36,349 nucleotides of DNA from positions 7,568-43,916 of the forward strand of contig JAHECY010000026.1 of assembly GCA_024641505.1 (NCBI GenBank). The letters are read 5' to 3'. This document shows positions 1 to 8,329 of this stretch, one piece after another. Numbering within the stretch: position 1 is the stretch's first letter; every line of letters begins with the position of its first letter. The notes beneath the pieces were generated by a model. It was not told the origin of the DNA. It searched no databases and was given only the letters and a program-made list of their open reading frames with translations. This stretch comes from Gammaproteobacteria bacterium (GTDB taxonomy: Bacteria > Pseudomonadota > Gammaproteobacteria > SG8-11). The translations under genes were made by a program, and so were the position numbers.

Positions 1-1014
1 ATGGTGGCTGCTCAAGGCCTGGAGAAATTCCTGGCGCCTGGCGTCATCCACATACAGGGATGACACCATGATATGCAACAGTTCGTTTTGCGTATATCCC
101 AAAAGTCGTTGCGCGGATTTCGAAATCATGACGATGCGTCCATCGAGATCCGTGCGGTAGAAGGTGTCGACCATTTCGTCCAGAATGTTATGCAACGCGC
201 GTTCGGACTCCCGCAGCGAAGCTTCCGTGGTGCGGAATGCGCTCAAATCCCGCAAGGCGACGATTCTGAAGGTTTGGGTATCATAGCGCACGGTTCTGGC
301 GCGCACTTCCGTCGGGATCAAGGCGCCGTTCTTGTGGACAACGAAGGTTTCATAGGGGCCTTCATCTTCCGCGGTCATGCGTGCCATCACCGCGGCGCGT
401 TGCTCGGGAGCGACGTAGGTCACCAGATTCCGGCCTAATAACTCCGCGCGCTGATAGCCGTAGATATCGCTGACGACGTTGTTGATGTCCAGAATCCTGC
501 CCTGCTCGTGGAGAAACAGGGCATCAAACGCGGCGTTAAAAAACTGCTCCAAACGTTTGTCGTAGCGCGTCGGGACGATAGGGTCCGTGTGGCGCCGGCT
601 GGACGGTTTGAGGGTTATGGTAATGCATGCGCCGCTCCCCAAGCTGAGCGGAGCGGCTTCCAGCAACCGGTGGCAGTGGATACTCGTGGTCGCGCGCGCG
701 GAGTTTTTTTGCAGTGGAATATGATACTCCAGGATCGGCTCTTGAGTTTCCCGCACCTGTTCAAAGAGGCTTCTGGAGGCGTCAGCGAACAGCTCAAAAT
801 GGTTACTGCCGGTAAAGCTTTCTAATGGCAGGCCATATTGCCGGGCATAGTTGGCGGTGACGCGAACATAATTGAAATGCTCGTCCAATATACCTACGCT
901 TGCGTGGTCGTTGATGAATGATTCATCAATTACGGGTAGGTGGTCAGGTGCAAGCATGCGAGAAACCCTGTATTCAGGCGATACGCATGCCGCAGTGATG
1001 GGAGCGATTGCCAT
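1..1014 (-). CDS. PAS-domain sensor protein, N-terminal part (C-terminus lies beyond the left edge)
   Basis: The minus-strand frame is open from about 1060 to position 1 and is only visible by translating the reverse complement. It gives MAIAPITAAC...FELFADASRSLFEQVRETQEPILEY...HKNGALIPTEVRARTV, which looks like PAS-fold sensory modules. The ATG at 1014 has a weak Shine-Dalgarno sequence, and an in-frame GTG lies at 1026. The start is uncertain. The plus-strand ORFs 73-438 and 508-825 are antisense artefacts. Confidence 0.5.
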   Translation of the reverse strand, partial: MAIAPITAACVSPEYRVSRMLAPDHLPVIDESFINDHASVGILDEHFNYVRVTANYARQYGLPLESFTGSNHFELFADASRSLFEQVRETQEPILEYHIPLQKNSARATTSIHCHRLLEAAPLSLGSGACITITLKPSSRRHTDPIVPTRYDKRLEQFFNAAFDALFLHEQGRILDINNVVSDIYGYQRAELLGRNLVTYVAPEQRAAVMARMTAEDEGPYETFVVHKNGALIPTEVRARTVRYDTQTFRIVALRDLSAFRTTEASLRESERALHNILDEMVDTFYRTDLDGRIVMISKSAQRLLGYTQNELLHIMVSSLYVDDARRQEFLQALSSHH

Positions 1015-1387
1015 TCCGAGTGCCACGGTCGCGAGAGAACGAATCTTGCGATTAAGCAGGTTGTTTTGATTCTACACATTATTTCCTAATAATGTCTAAG
1101 GTTTGGAGGAGGGGAATGTAAAAAAATGTTAATTCGACCCGTTGGCTTAGGGACACATCCAGGCCACCGGCAGTGGCGTTGGGGCGCAAGATCGGAGAAA
1201 GAAACGGCGTACCGAGAGTGCGCTCAGGAAATATACGGTTGCAGTTCAGTCATTGTCCAATGGCATAATGTTCGCCAGTGGGCGAGGCGGCGCCCGCCTA
1301 TTCAATTATGTTGCATAGAAAGTTTACCATCGCTCTTATATGGTGTCTTTGCAGGGGCGGCCCTGGAGAACGCATACAGACCATGCG

Positions 1388-3343
1388 TTAACCGACACGG
1401 CACATAATCATCAGTTGATACGGCTCCATGGTCAGTTCCTGGGTCGCGGTAATGGGCTGGCCTGCATACAGATCGATCATGGTTTTGCGCATGCCCATCT
1501 GGCGCAGACGCCGGGCTTCCAGATGCTGTGTGCGCTCGCTGAAATTAGCCAGAATAAACAAGGCCGATTGCTGGTGGCTGCGAGTGAAAGCCAGTACATG
1601 CGGGTTGCCGGTTTCCACGAAGTCGGTATCGCTGCCCGCGAAGGCTGGATTCTGGTTGCGCAATTGGATCAGCCGCAACAACCCCTGGAACACCCGGCCT
1701 GGCAGGCTTTGCGGGTCACGGCGCAGTTCCGCGCGGTCCCAGTCAAAAGGCGCGCGGTGCAGCCAGCGGGAATCGCCGGTCTTTTCCCGATCTTGTTCAT
1801 AGCTGTAGTCATTGAGGGTGGCAATTTCGTCACCGAGGTAGAGTAAAGGAATGCCGCTGATGGTGATGATGACGCCATGGATCAGCAGGATGCGCCGCAC
1901 CGCAAGATCCAATGCTGAGTCATCTTGTTGTTGCAGGGCCAATTCAACGCCCGCCAGTGAGGCGCAGGTACCGGAGACTCGCGCTTCACCGGTGAGGCGG
2001 TCCTCCTGGAACGGCGCGCCCCGGGCGAAACTGCCGGCAAACTTCCCGGTGTAAAAGCGCGTCAGGAAGGGCCGGTGTTCCCGTGGGGTAAAGCCGGCGC
2101 TGATGACATCGTCATCGGCGAAGGCCCAGCCGATGTCATCGTGGCAGCGCACGTAATTCACCCAGGTACAACCGGGCGCGATCGCAAAACGTTGCTTCAT
2201 CGCCTGCTGTAAGATGCGCACATCCCGAGTCGCCAGCGCATCCCACAACAGAGCCATCAGTTGCGGGTTGTAGGAAAGCGGACATTCTTCCGTGCTGATG
2301 TATTTGCGGACCTCGTCGGGGTGCACAATGGCTTCGGATTTGAAGACCATGGCGGGTGCCGCGATACTGGCCAAGGCATTGAATGCCTGGATGATCCAGT
2401 GGGCTTGCGGCAGATTTTGGGAATTGGTGCCCAGCTCCTTCCAGATGAAGGCGACCGCATCCAGGCGCAGGATCTCCACACCTTGATTCGCCAGAAACAG
2501 CATTTCTTCCAGCATGCGGTGAAACACCGCGGGATTGGCGTAGTTTAAATCCCACTGATAGGTGTGAAATGTCGTCCAGACCCATTTTTTCAAATGTGAT
2601 CGATAGGTGAAGGCGCCGGGATGATCGTCGCTGAATACCTCGGGCATGGTTTTCTCATAGGCATCCGGCAGTGTCCGGTTGGGGAACAGGCGGTAATAAG
2701 CCTGATATTCAGCGTCGCCGTCGAGGGCCTGACGCGCCCATTCATGTTCGTCCGCGGTATGGTTGAAAATAAAATCCAGGGTCAGGGATATGCCGTGATG
2801 GCGCAACTCCGTGGCTAACTCAGCCAATTGCTCCATGGTACCCAGTGCCGGATCAACTTCCCGATAACTACTGATCGCGTAACCACCGTCGTTATCACCT
2901 TCCGGTACTTTGAAAATGGGCATCAGGTGCAGGTAGGTTACACCCAGTTCGGAAAGGTAGGGGATTTGTTTGCGCAGACCTTCGAGGTCACCGGCGAACA
3001 GGTCCACATAGCACATGGCGCCGACCATGCGGCTGGCCAGATACCAGCGGGGATCCGCTTCCCGTAACGCATCCAGGGCTTTCAGCTCGGGCGGGCGCGC
3101 CAGCCACATTTCCGTGGCGCCGCTGATGATGGTTTCGAGATGGTAAAAGAAATCATATTGGGCGCCATACAGCGCGTACAGGCGTCCGAACAGCCGGGGG
3201 AAGTGTTTTTTCATGCGCGTGAGGTACATTTCCCACGCCACCGGATCGGTTTCGTTCTTGAAGCGGTTTTCGATGCGCGGCAGCAGGCGGCGCAGGGATG
3301 CGGCGCTCTGCTGTTCCAGCCATAGCGGATCTTTGTCGGTCAT
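1388..3343 (-). CDS. ams: amylosucrase (GH13 sucrose glucosyltransferase)
   Basis: The 651-aa product aligns along its whole length with my recollection of Neisseria polysaccharea amylosucrase, including GAMCYVDLFAGDL, LHLMPIFK, DFIFNHT, LRLDAVAFIWK, KSEAIVHPD and NYVRCHDDIGW. Confidence 0.9.
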   Translation of the reverse strand: MTDKDPLWLEQQSAASLRRLLPRIENRFKNETDPVAWEMYLTRMKKHFPRLFGRLYALYGAQYDFFYHLETIISGATEMWLARPPELKALDALREADPRWYLASRMVGAMCYVDLFAGDLEGLRKQIPYLSELGVTYLHLMPIFKVPEGDNDGGYAISSYREVDPALGTMEQLAELATELRHHGISLTLDFIFNHTADEHEWARQALDGDAEYQAYYRLFPNRTLPDAYEKTMPEVFSDDHPGAFTYRSHLKKWVWTTFHTYQWDLNYANPAVFHRMLEEMLFLANQGVEILRLDAVAFIWKELGTNSQNLPQAHWIIQAFNALASIAAPAMVFKSEAIVHPDEVRKYISTEECPLSYNPQLMALLWDALATRDVRILQQAMKQRFAIAPGCTWVNYVRCHDDIGWAFADDDVISAGFTPREHRPFLTRFYTGKFAGSFARGAPFQEDRLTGEARVSGTCASLAGVELALQQQDDSALDLAVRRILLIHGVIITISGIPLLYLGDEIATLNDYSYEQDREKTGDSRWLHRAPFDWDRAELRRDPQSLPGRVFQGLLRLIQLRNQNPAFAGSDTDFVETGNPHVLAFTRSHQQSALFILANFSERTQHLEARRLRQMGMRKTMIDLYAGQPITATQELTMEPYQLMIMCRVG

Positions 3344-3431
3344 GGGTCCTCATTTAACATCAGTCGTATCGGGCGTAGTCTACCCGATATGCAGGTAAAA
3401 ACCGAAATAAACGCAAGTTTACCGCCAGCGG

Positions 3432-3446
3432 GTGCGTTAAACGCAC
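3432..3446. promoter_or_regulatory. perfect 7-1-7 palindrome GTGCGTT-A-AACGCAC in the amylosucrase upstream region
   Basis: Read directly. It lies about 90-105 bp upstream of the ams start and shares its core with the GGTGCGTA/TACGCACC hairpins nearby. Confidence 0.35.
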
Positions 3447-3454
3447 GGGTTTTG

Positions 3455-3545
3455 CGCAGGGTGCGTATTACGCACCGGCTTTTTATTTTCAGAACGAAGC
3501 ATGGCTTTGTTCAAAAAAAACAATGGTGCGTAATACGCACCCTGC
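3455..3545. terminator. pair of near-identical hairpins (GGTGCGTATTACGCACC at 3461-3477 and GGTGCGTAATACGCACC at 3525-3541), each followed by a T-run on opposite strands. Together they form a bidirectional intrinsic terminator or REP-like element
   Basis: The right-hand hairpin is preceded by A8 on the plus strand. On the minus strand this reads as hairpin then UUUUUUUU, directly 3' of the peptidase gene (stop at 3614). The left-hand hairpin is followed by GGCTTTTTATTTT on the plus strand. The two arms, including their CAGG/CCTG flanks, are inverted repeats about 21 bp long. Confidence 0.6.
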
Positions 3546-3613
3546 AATCTGCGCCGGCATCCCATGGTGTCTTGGGAACGGAAGAGTGCCGGACCGACCG
3601 ATATTTTACTGAA

Positions 3614-4303
3614 TCACAAGGGCCGCAGCATGCGCCCCCAGCGCCACAGGCGAATGATATCGGTGAGGGCGACGGCGAGGTAAGTCAGTGCCGCGGCGCG
3701 CAATATCCGGCGCAATACCGGCAGGTGCCGGTCGTCAACGTACTGACCCGCCGCCAGGATCGGCAGCGCTTTGCCAAAACTGGCGTCCCATTCCATGGGT
3801 AAAATAAACGTATAGCTGACCACCGATGCCAGCAGCATGGCGAGCGCGACAAACACCGGCAGTAACGCGGCGGCCGGAGCATGCAGCACCGCGGTGGCGG
3901 CCGGTGCCAGCATGAATAAAACAGTGCCGATGCGCTTTAGCCGGTTCGCCCAGGGCATGTATTGGTGCCACAGGGTGGATACCGCTTCCTGACGATGAAA
4001 TTGCAGGGCATGCCCCACTTCGTGCGCGGCCACCGCCACCGCGGTCAGCGAGCGTCCACCGAAGTTCTTGGGGCTCAGACGCACCTTGTTGGTTTGCGGG
4101 TCGTAGTGATCACCACCGGCGTGAGTTTCTTCCACACCGGTTTCTGACAGATCGAACCGCTGCAACAGGTGGCGCGCCAGTTCCGCGCCGGTACCGGGAA
4201 TGTCGGACCGGTCCGCGCTGTTCTTGTGCATGACCCAGCGTACCCAAAGATAGGGACCGAACACCAGGCCGAGGAACAGCAGGCCGGAAAGTCCAATTAT
4301 CAT
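3614..4303 (-). CDS. membrane zinc metallopeptidase (YugP-like, Zn_peptidase_2 family)
   Basis: The product has an N-terminal transmembrane segment, a DHYDP...KVRLS motif and the HEVGHALQ zinc site, with an AAALTY C-terminal region like B. subtilis YugP. The start is set at MIIGLSG (ATG 4303), where the ATGA overlaps the aroG stop. The ORF-track start at 4378 is probably a spurious upstream extension. Confidence 0.8.
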   Translation of the reverse strand: MIIGLSGLLFLGLVFGPYLWVRWVMHKNSADRSDIPGTGAELARHLLQRFDLSETGVEETHAGGDHYDPQTNKVRLSPKNFGGRSLTAVAVAAHEVGHALQFHRQEAVSTLWHQYMPWANRLKRIGTVLFMLAPAATAVLHAPAAALLPVFVALAMLLASVVSYTFILPMEWDASFGKALPILAAGQYVDDRHLPVLRRILRAAALTYLAVALTDIIRLWRWGRMLRPL

Positions 4304-5358
4304 TTTTGACGCCGCCGTTGCGCCACGGCCTCCGCTAATTGGTGGAGTAATGGCTGGGTCTCCGCAAAACTCAGGCACGCATCCGTGATGCTTTGTCCAT
4401 AGCGCAGGGGGGTGTCGAGTTGGAGTTTTTGATTGCCCGCCGCCAGATGGCTTTCGATCATGACGCCGACGATGGCATGTTCCCCGCCGGCGATCTGCGC
4501 GGCCACATCCCGGCCCACGGTCAATTGATTGAGATATTGCTTCTCGCTGTTGCCATGGCTGAGATCGATCATGAGGCTCGGCGCCAGGCCGTTTTGGGCC
4601 AATGCCAACTTGGCTTGCGCCACATGTTCGCGGTCATAGTTGGGTGTTTTCCCCCCTCGCAAAATCACATGAGTGTCAGGATTGCCGGTGGTAGTAAAGA
4701 TGCCGGTCTTGCCGCTGCTTGTGGGTGATAAAAAAATATGGGGTCCGCCGGCGGCGAAAATCGCATCGCAGGCGATAGTCAGATTGCCGTCGGTGCCGTT
4801 TTTGAAACCCACGGGGCACGACAGGCCGGAGGCCAGTTCCCGGTGAATCTGGCTTTCCGTGGTGCGGGCACCGATGGCACCCCAGCTGATCAGGTCCGAA
4901 TAGTATTGGCCGGTAACGATGTCAAGAAACTCCGTGCCCGCGGGCAGGCCCAAGGCATTCAGGTCCAGCAGCAGCTTCCTCGCCAGACGTACGCCGTTAT
5001 TGATGTCGTAGGTGCAGTTGAGGTGAGGGTCGTTGATCAGGCCCTTCCAGCCGGTGCGGGTGCGCGGTTTTTCAAAATAAACGCGCATTATGATCAGCAG
5101 GTGTTGCGCCAAAGCGCGACGCTCGGCGAACAGTCTCACGCCGTAGTCCAGCGCCGCAACCGGGTCATGTATGGAGCAGGGACCGACCACTACCAGCAGC
5201 CGGTCATCCTTGGCGCACAGGATCTCATGGATTTCGTGGCGCGTGTCTGCAACCAGGCCGGCGGTTTCGTCACCCAGGGGCAGTTCGCCGCTGACTTGCT
5301 CCGGAGGATCAACGGGGCCGATATGGCTAATGCGTAAATTGCTGGTTTGAGTCGTCAT
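4300..5358 (-). CDS. aroG: 3-deoxy-7-phosphoheptulonate (DAHP) synthase, class I
   Basis: The 352-aa product carries KDDRLLVVVGPCSIHD and GARTTESQIHRELASGLS, typical of AroG/AroF/AroH. The isozyme cannot be assigned. Confidence 0.9.
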   Translation of the reverse strand: MTTQTSNLRISHIGPVDPPEQVSGELPLGDETAGLVADTRHEIHEILCAKDDRLLVVVGPCSIHDPVAALDYGVRLFAERRALAQHLLIIMRVYFEKPRTRTGWKGLINDPHLNCTYDINNGVRLARKLLLDLNALGLPAGTEFLDIVTGQYYSDLISWGAIGARTTESQIHRELASGLSCPVGFKNGTDGNLTIACDAIFAAGGPHIFLSPTSSGKTGIFTTTGNPDTHVILRGGKTPNYDREHVAQAKLALAQNGLAPSLMIDLSHGNSEKQYLNQLTVGRDVAAQIAGGEHAIVGVMIESHLAAGNQKLQLDTPLRYGQSITDACLSFAETQPLLHQLAEAVAQRRRQK

Positions 5359-5716
5359 TGGGTGGAGGCATCATCCTGGCAAATGGTCTCACGTCAGAGG
5401 GTCCTACTTTACGACATACTACAGGCGGTAAACAGCCGTTGCCGAGGGCGCCGCAGAGAAGCAGTCGGCCCGCCTGGACGGCCTTCTCGGCCAGGCTGCG
5501 GCATAAAAATATACATTATATAACTTGATGTATTATTGCCAGAGTCCGGTCTGAGGCAAGCCCCAATATGAATCATTTCATTATAGGCGGATAATGTGTA
5601 TCTTCATGATTTTACGGAAGTTAACAAAAATTCCGCATGGCACTAAAAAAGCGCAAGCTTTCCCTACAGGGCTCGGCTAGAATCTTAATTACCCATTAAC
5701 CGTTTTGGAAACTTCT

Positions 5717-6487
5717 ATGACCTATTGTGTTGCTATCGCAGTGCAGGATGGCTTGGTGTTTTGTTCGGATTCGCGTACCAATGCGGGGCCGGACATGATT
5801 TCCACCTACAGTAAAATGCATGTGTTCAAGCCGGCAGCGGACCGGTTTTTCGTGGTGTTGAGCGCCGGCAACCTTGCCACCACGCAGGCGATCATCGCGC
5901 GCCTGGAAAACCAGGAAGAAGATCCAGGGCAGGGGAGTCTGGCGAACTGCAAGAAAATGATCGATGCCGTACGCTATGTCAGTCAGGTGAGTCGCGATGA
6001 ACAATTGCAGGCGGCGGAGACCCTGGCTACCGCGAATGTGGATGCTTCCGCTTCCCTGATCTTCGGCGGTCAGATTCTCGGCAGCCCGCCGGCGATCTAC
6101 ATGATCTATTCGGCGGGCAATTTCATTACCGATTCCGACGAGAATCCGTTTTTGCAGATCGGTGAAAGCAAATACGGTAAGCCCATTCTGGATCGGATCC
6201 TGACCCGCGAGACAAGCCTGGAAGATGCCGCCCGTTGCGCCATCGTGTCCATGGATTCCACGGTACGTTCCAATGCCACCGTCGGGCCGCCGATCGAAGT
6301 CATGGTGTGCATCACGGATTCCGTGGAAGAGAGCCACTATGCGCGTCTGGAAGATGATGACGAGTATCTGCGCACGGTCCGGCAAGCGTGGAATGACGCC
6401 CTTAAACTGTCATTCGCCGAGCTGCCCCGTTTTGATTGGGAAAAACGTCAACCCCCGCGCTCATTGCGCGCGGTAAAAAATGACTGA
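5717..6487 (+). CDS. Anbu (ancestral beta-subunit proteasome homologue, Ntn-hydrolase, COG3484)
   Basis: The protein begins MTYCVAI, with Thr directly after Met as in proteasome beta subunits. DGLVFCSDSRTNAG contains an Asp about 17 residues in, and there is a Lys around position 32-33. Length is about 256 aa. It sits next to COG2308 and COG2307 genes. The track start (TTG 5705) is probably wrong; ATG 5717 is preferred. Confidence 0.8.
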   Translation: MTYCVAIAVQDGLVFCSDSRTNAGPDMISTYSKMHVFKPAADRFFVVLSAGNLATTQAIIARLENQEEDPGQGSLANCKKMIDAVRYVSQVSRDEQLQAAETLATANVDASASLIFGGQILGSPPAIYMIYSAGNFITDSDENPFLQIGESKYGKPILDRILTRETSLEDAARCAIVSMDSTVRSNATVGPPIEVMVCITDSVEESHYARLEDDDEYLRTVRQAWNDALKLSFAELPRFDWEKRQPPRSLRAVKND

Positions 6488-6530
6488 ATGTACCGCAACA
6501 CCCCAGGATTAACCGTGTAACGCTCTCGGG

Positions 6531-6570
6531 CCGGGGTTTCACCCAAGAAACCCCGGATCAGTATTTTACT
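6531..6570 (+). terminator. intrinsic terminator after Anbu
   Basis: A perfect 9-bp stem (CCGGGGTTT / AAACCCCGG) with an 8-nt loop is followed by ATCAGTATTTTACT. It starts 44 bp after the Anbu stop. Confidence 0.6.
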
Positions 6571-6831
6571 CCTCTCTCTCTTACCGACAAATTTACATAG
6601 CATTGCCATCGAGTAGCCCATCATCCTCGCGGTGTCGTTCAAGAATGCGACACGTTAGCCGTACGTGGGCACGTCATAAAACGGGCACACGTTGATTGCC
6701 GCGCTTGAATGCGGCGCAGATGGTGGTCGTGCGCACAGGATTTCATGGCGTTGGTGAAGCTCGAAAAATTTCGGCGGTCAGTATTGACTTATGCTTATTC
6801 TCGTGGTGAGTTGTGTTTGCCCTGTGAAATA

Positions 6832-6848
6832 GTGTAATGTAATCACAC
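6832..6848 (+). promoter_or_regulatory. CRP/FNR-like imperfect palindrome GTGTA-ATGTAA-TCACA, 21-37 bp upstream of the ATP-grasp start
   Basis: Read directly. One TCACA half-site is perfect and the other reads GTGTA (consensus TGTGA-N6-TCACA). A TTGACT -35-like hexamer lies at 6784-6789. The element overlaps a possible -10 region. Confidence 0.3.
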
Positions 6849-6868
6849 GTTAACAACAGAGAGATCGC

Positions 6869-8329
6869 ATGACTATCCGTTGGGGCAGTTACAAGATCAA
6901 AGGGTTTTACGACGAGTTATTACGCGCCTCCGGGCGGCCACGGCCGGCAGCCGCTTCATTGTGCAAATACCTGCGCACGCTTAAAGACAAAGAAATCGAA
7001 GAGTACAAGGCCGCCTCTGATCTGGCGATACAGGTCATGGGTATCACTTTCCGGGTGTATTCGGAAGAGGAAGGCTCCATTGATCGCGCCTGGCCCTTCG
7101 ATATTATCCCGCGCATCATCGATCGCAAGGAATGGCAAGCCATTGAGGCAGGTCTGGTGCAACGAGTGCACGCCTTGAACCTGTTTATCGATGACCTCTA
7201 TCACGACCAGAAAATCGTCAAAGACAAGGTGTTTCCCGCGGAGCTGTTGCAGGACTCGGTGAATTTTCGCAAGCAGTGTGTCGGGGTCAAGCCACCATTG
7301 GGCATCTGGGCACATATTTGTGGTTCGGACCTGGTGCGGGACAAGGACGGCACGGTGTTCGTGCTCGAAGACAACCTGCGCGTGCCTTCCGGTGTGTCCT
7401 ACATGCTGGAGAATCGCCAGGTGATGAAGCGTGTGTTCCCGGAGTTGTTCGAGGACTACAGCATTCTGCCGGTGGATGATTATCCCTCGCAGTTGTTCGA
7501 TACCCTGGCCTCCCTGTCGCCGCGCCCAGGTGATCAACCGGAAATTGTGGTGCTCACGCCCGGTGTCTACAATTCCGCCTATTTTGAACATGCCTACCTG
7601 GCGCAACAAATGGGCGCGGAACTGGTGCAAGGTTCCGACCTGGTGGTGCAGAAGGATAATTGCGTGTACATGCGCACCATCGAAGGTCTCACCCGGGTGG
7701 ATGTGATCTACCGGCGCGTGGATGATCTGTTCCTGGACCCGGAGGTATTCAACAAGGACTCCACCCTGGGCGTACCCGGTCTGATGCGAGCGTGGAAAGC
7801 AGGCAATGTGGCCCTTGCCAACGCCCCGGGTGCCGGTGTCGCCGACGACAAGGTGGTCTACGCTTATGTGCCGGACATCATCAAGTACTATCTTGACGAA
7901 GATGCCATCCTTCCCAACGTACCCACCTATAAATGCAACGTCAAGGAAGAACGGGACTATGTGATCAACAATATGGACAAGCTGGTAGTGAAGCCCGCCA
8001 ATGAGTCCGGTGGCTATGGCATGTTGATCGGACCTCAGGCCAGCGACGAGGAACGGGAGAAATTCGTGCGCCTGATCAAGCGTGATCCGCGCAACTACGT
8101 GGCGCAACCCATGCTCATCCTGTCCACAGCGCCGACCCTGGTGGGTACCCATGTGGAGCCGCGCCATCTGGATTTACGCCCGTTTATTCTGAGTGGCGAC
8201 AAGACGGTGGTTACCACCGGCGGGTTGACGCGTGTCGCCCTGCGCAAGGGATCTACCGTGGTTAACTCTTCCCAGGGCGGTGGCAGCAAAGACACCTGGA
8301 TCGTGGATCTGGAAGGAGCCGGCGCATGA
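6869..8329 (+). CDS. circularly permuted ATP-grasp protein (COG2308; DUF404/DUF407 type, predicted amide/peptide ligase)
   Basis: The 486-aa product has an N-terminus (GFYDELL...GRPRP...ITFRVYSEEEGSIDRAWPFDIIPRII...EWQAIEAGLVQRVHALNLFIDDLYHDQKI) that matches my recollection of this family. Its stop overlaps the next gene's start (ATGA at 8326-8329). Confidence 0.85.
   Translation: MTIRWGSYKIKGFYDELLRASGRPRPAAASLCKYLRTLKDKEIEEYKAASDLAIQVMGITFRVYSEEEGSIDRAWPFDIIPRIIDRKEWQAIEAGLVQRVHALNLFIDDLYHDQKIVKDKVFPAELLQDSVNFRKQCVGVKPPLGIWAHICGSDLVRDKDGTVFVLEDNLRVPSGVSYMLENRQVMKRVFPELFEDYSILPVDDYPSQLFDTLASLSPRPGDQPEIVVLTPGVYNSAYFEHAYLAQQMGAELVQGSDLVVQKDNCVYMRTIEGLTRVDVIYRRVDDLFLDPEVFNKDSTLGVPGLMRAWKAGNVALANAPGAGVADDKVVYAYVPDIIKYYLDEDAILPNVPTYKCNVKEERDYVINNMDKLVVKPANESGGYGMLIGPQASDEEREKFVRLIKRDPRNYVAQPMLILSTAPTLVGTHVEPRHLDLRPFILSGDKTVVTTGGLTRVALRKGSTVVNSSQGGGSKDTWIVDLEGAGA

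Noticed and set aside
1105-1121. Strong GGAGGAGGGG Shine-Dalgarno sequence followed immediately by ATG-TAA (a start-stop mini-ORF), and the downstream 93-aa ORF 1126-1407
   Set aside because: The Shine-Dalgarno-to-ATG spacing is about 1 nt, which is too short. The 93-aa ORF has a Trp/Arg/Cys-rich, implausible composition with no ribosome-binding site at the right distance. Probably coincidence in a promoter region.
3389-3802. 137-aa plus-strand ORF spanning the hairpin region and the peptidase 3' end
   Set aside because: It crosses two terminator hairpins and overlaps a supported gene. No ribosome-binding site.
4304-4378. 25-aa N-terminal extension of the Zn-peptidase ORF (MPEFCGDPAITPP...) given by the track
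   Set aside because: The extension overlaps the aroG coding end and is not hydrophobic. The conserved family N-terminus is the transmembrane segment starting at MIIGLSG with the ATGA coupling.
5600-5625. TyrR-box-like sequence TGTGTATCTTCATGATTTTACG upstream of aroG
   Set aside because: It does not fit TGTAAA-N6-TTTACA in any register.
6956-8167. 403-aa minus-strand ORF antisense to the ATP-grasp gene
   Set aside because: It has no recognisable domains and overlaps a strongly supported gene. This is typical of antisense open frames in roughly 60% GC DNA.
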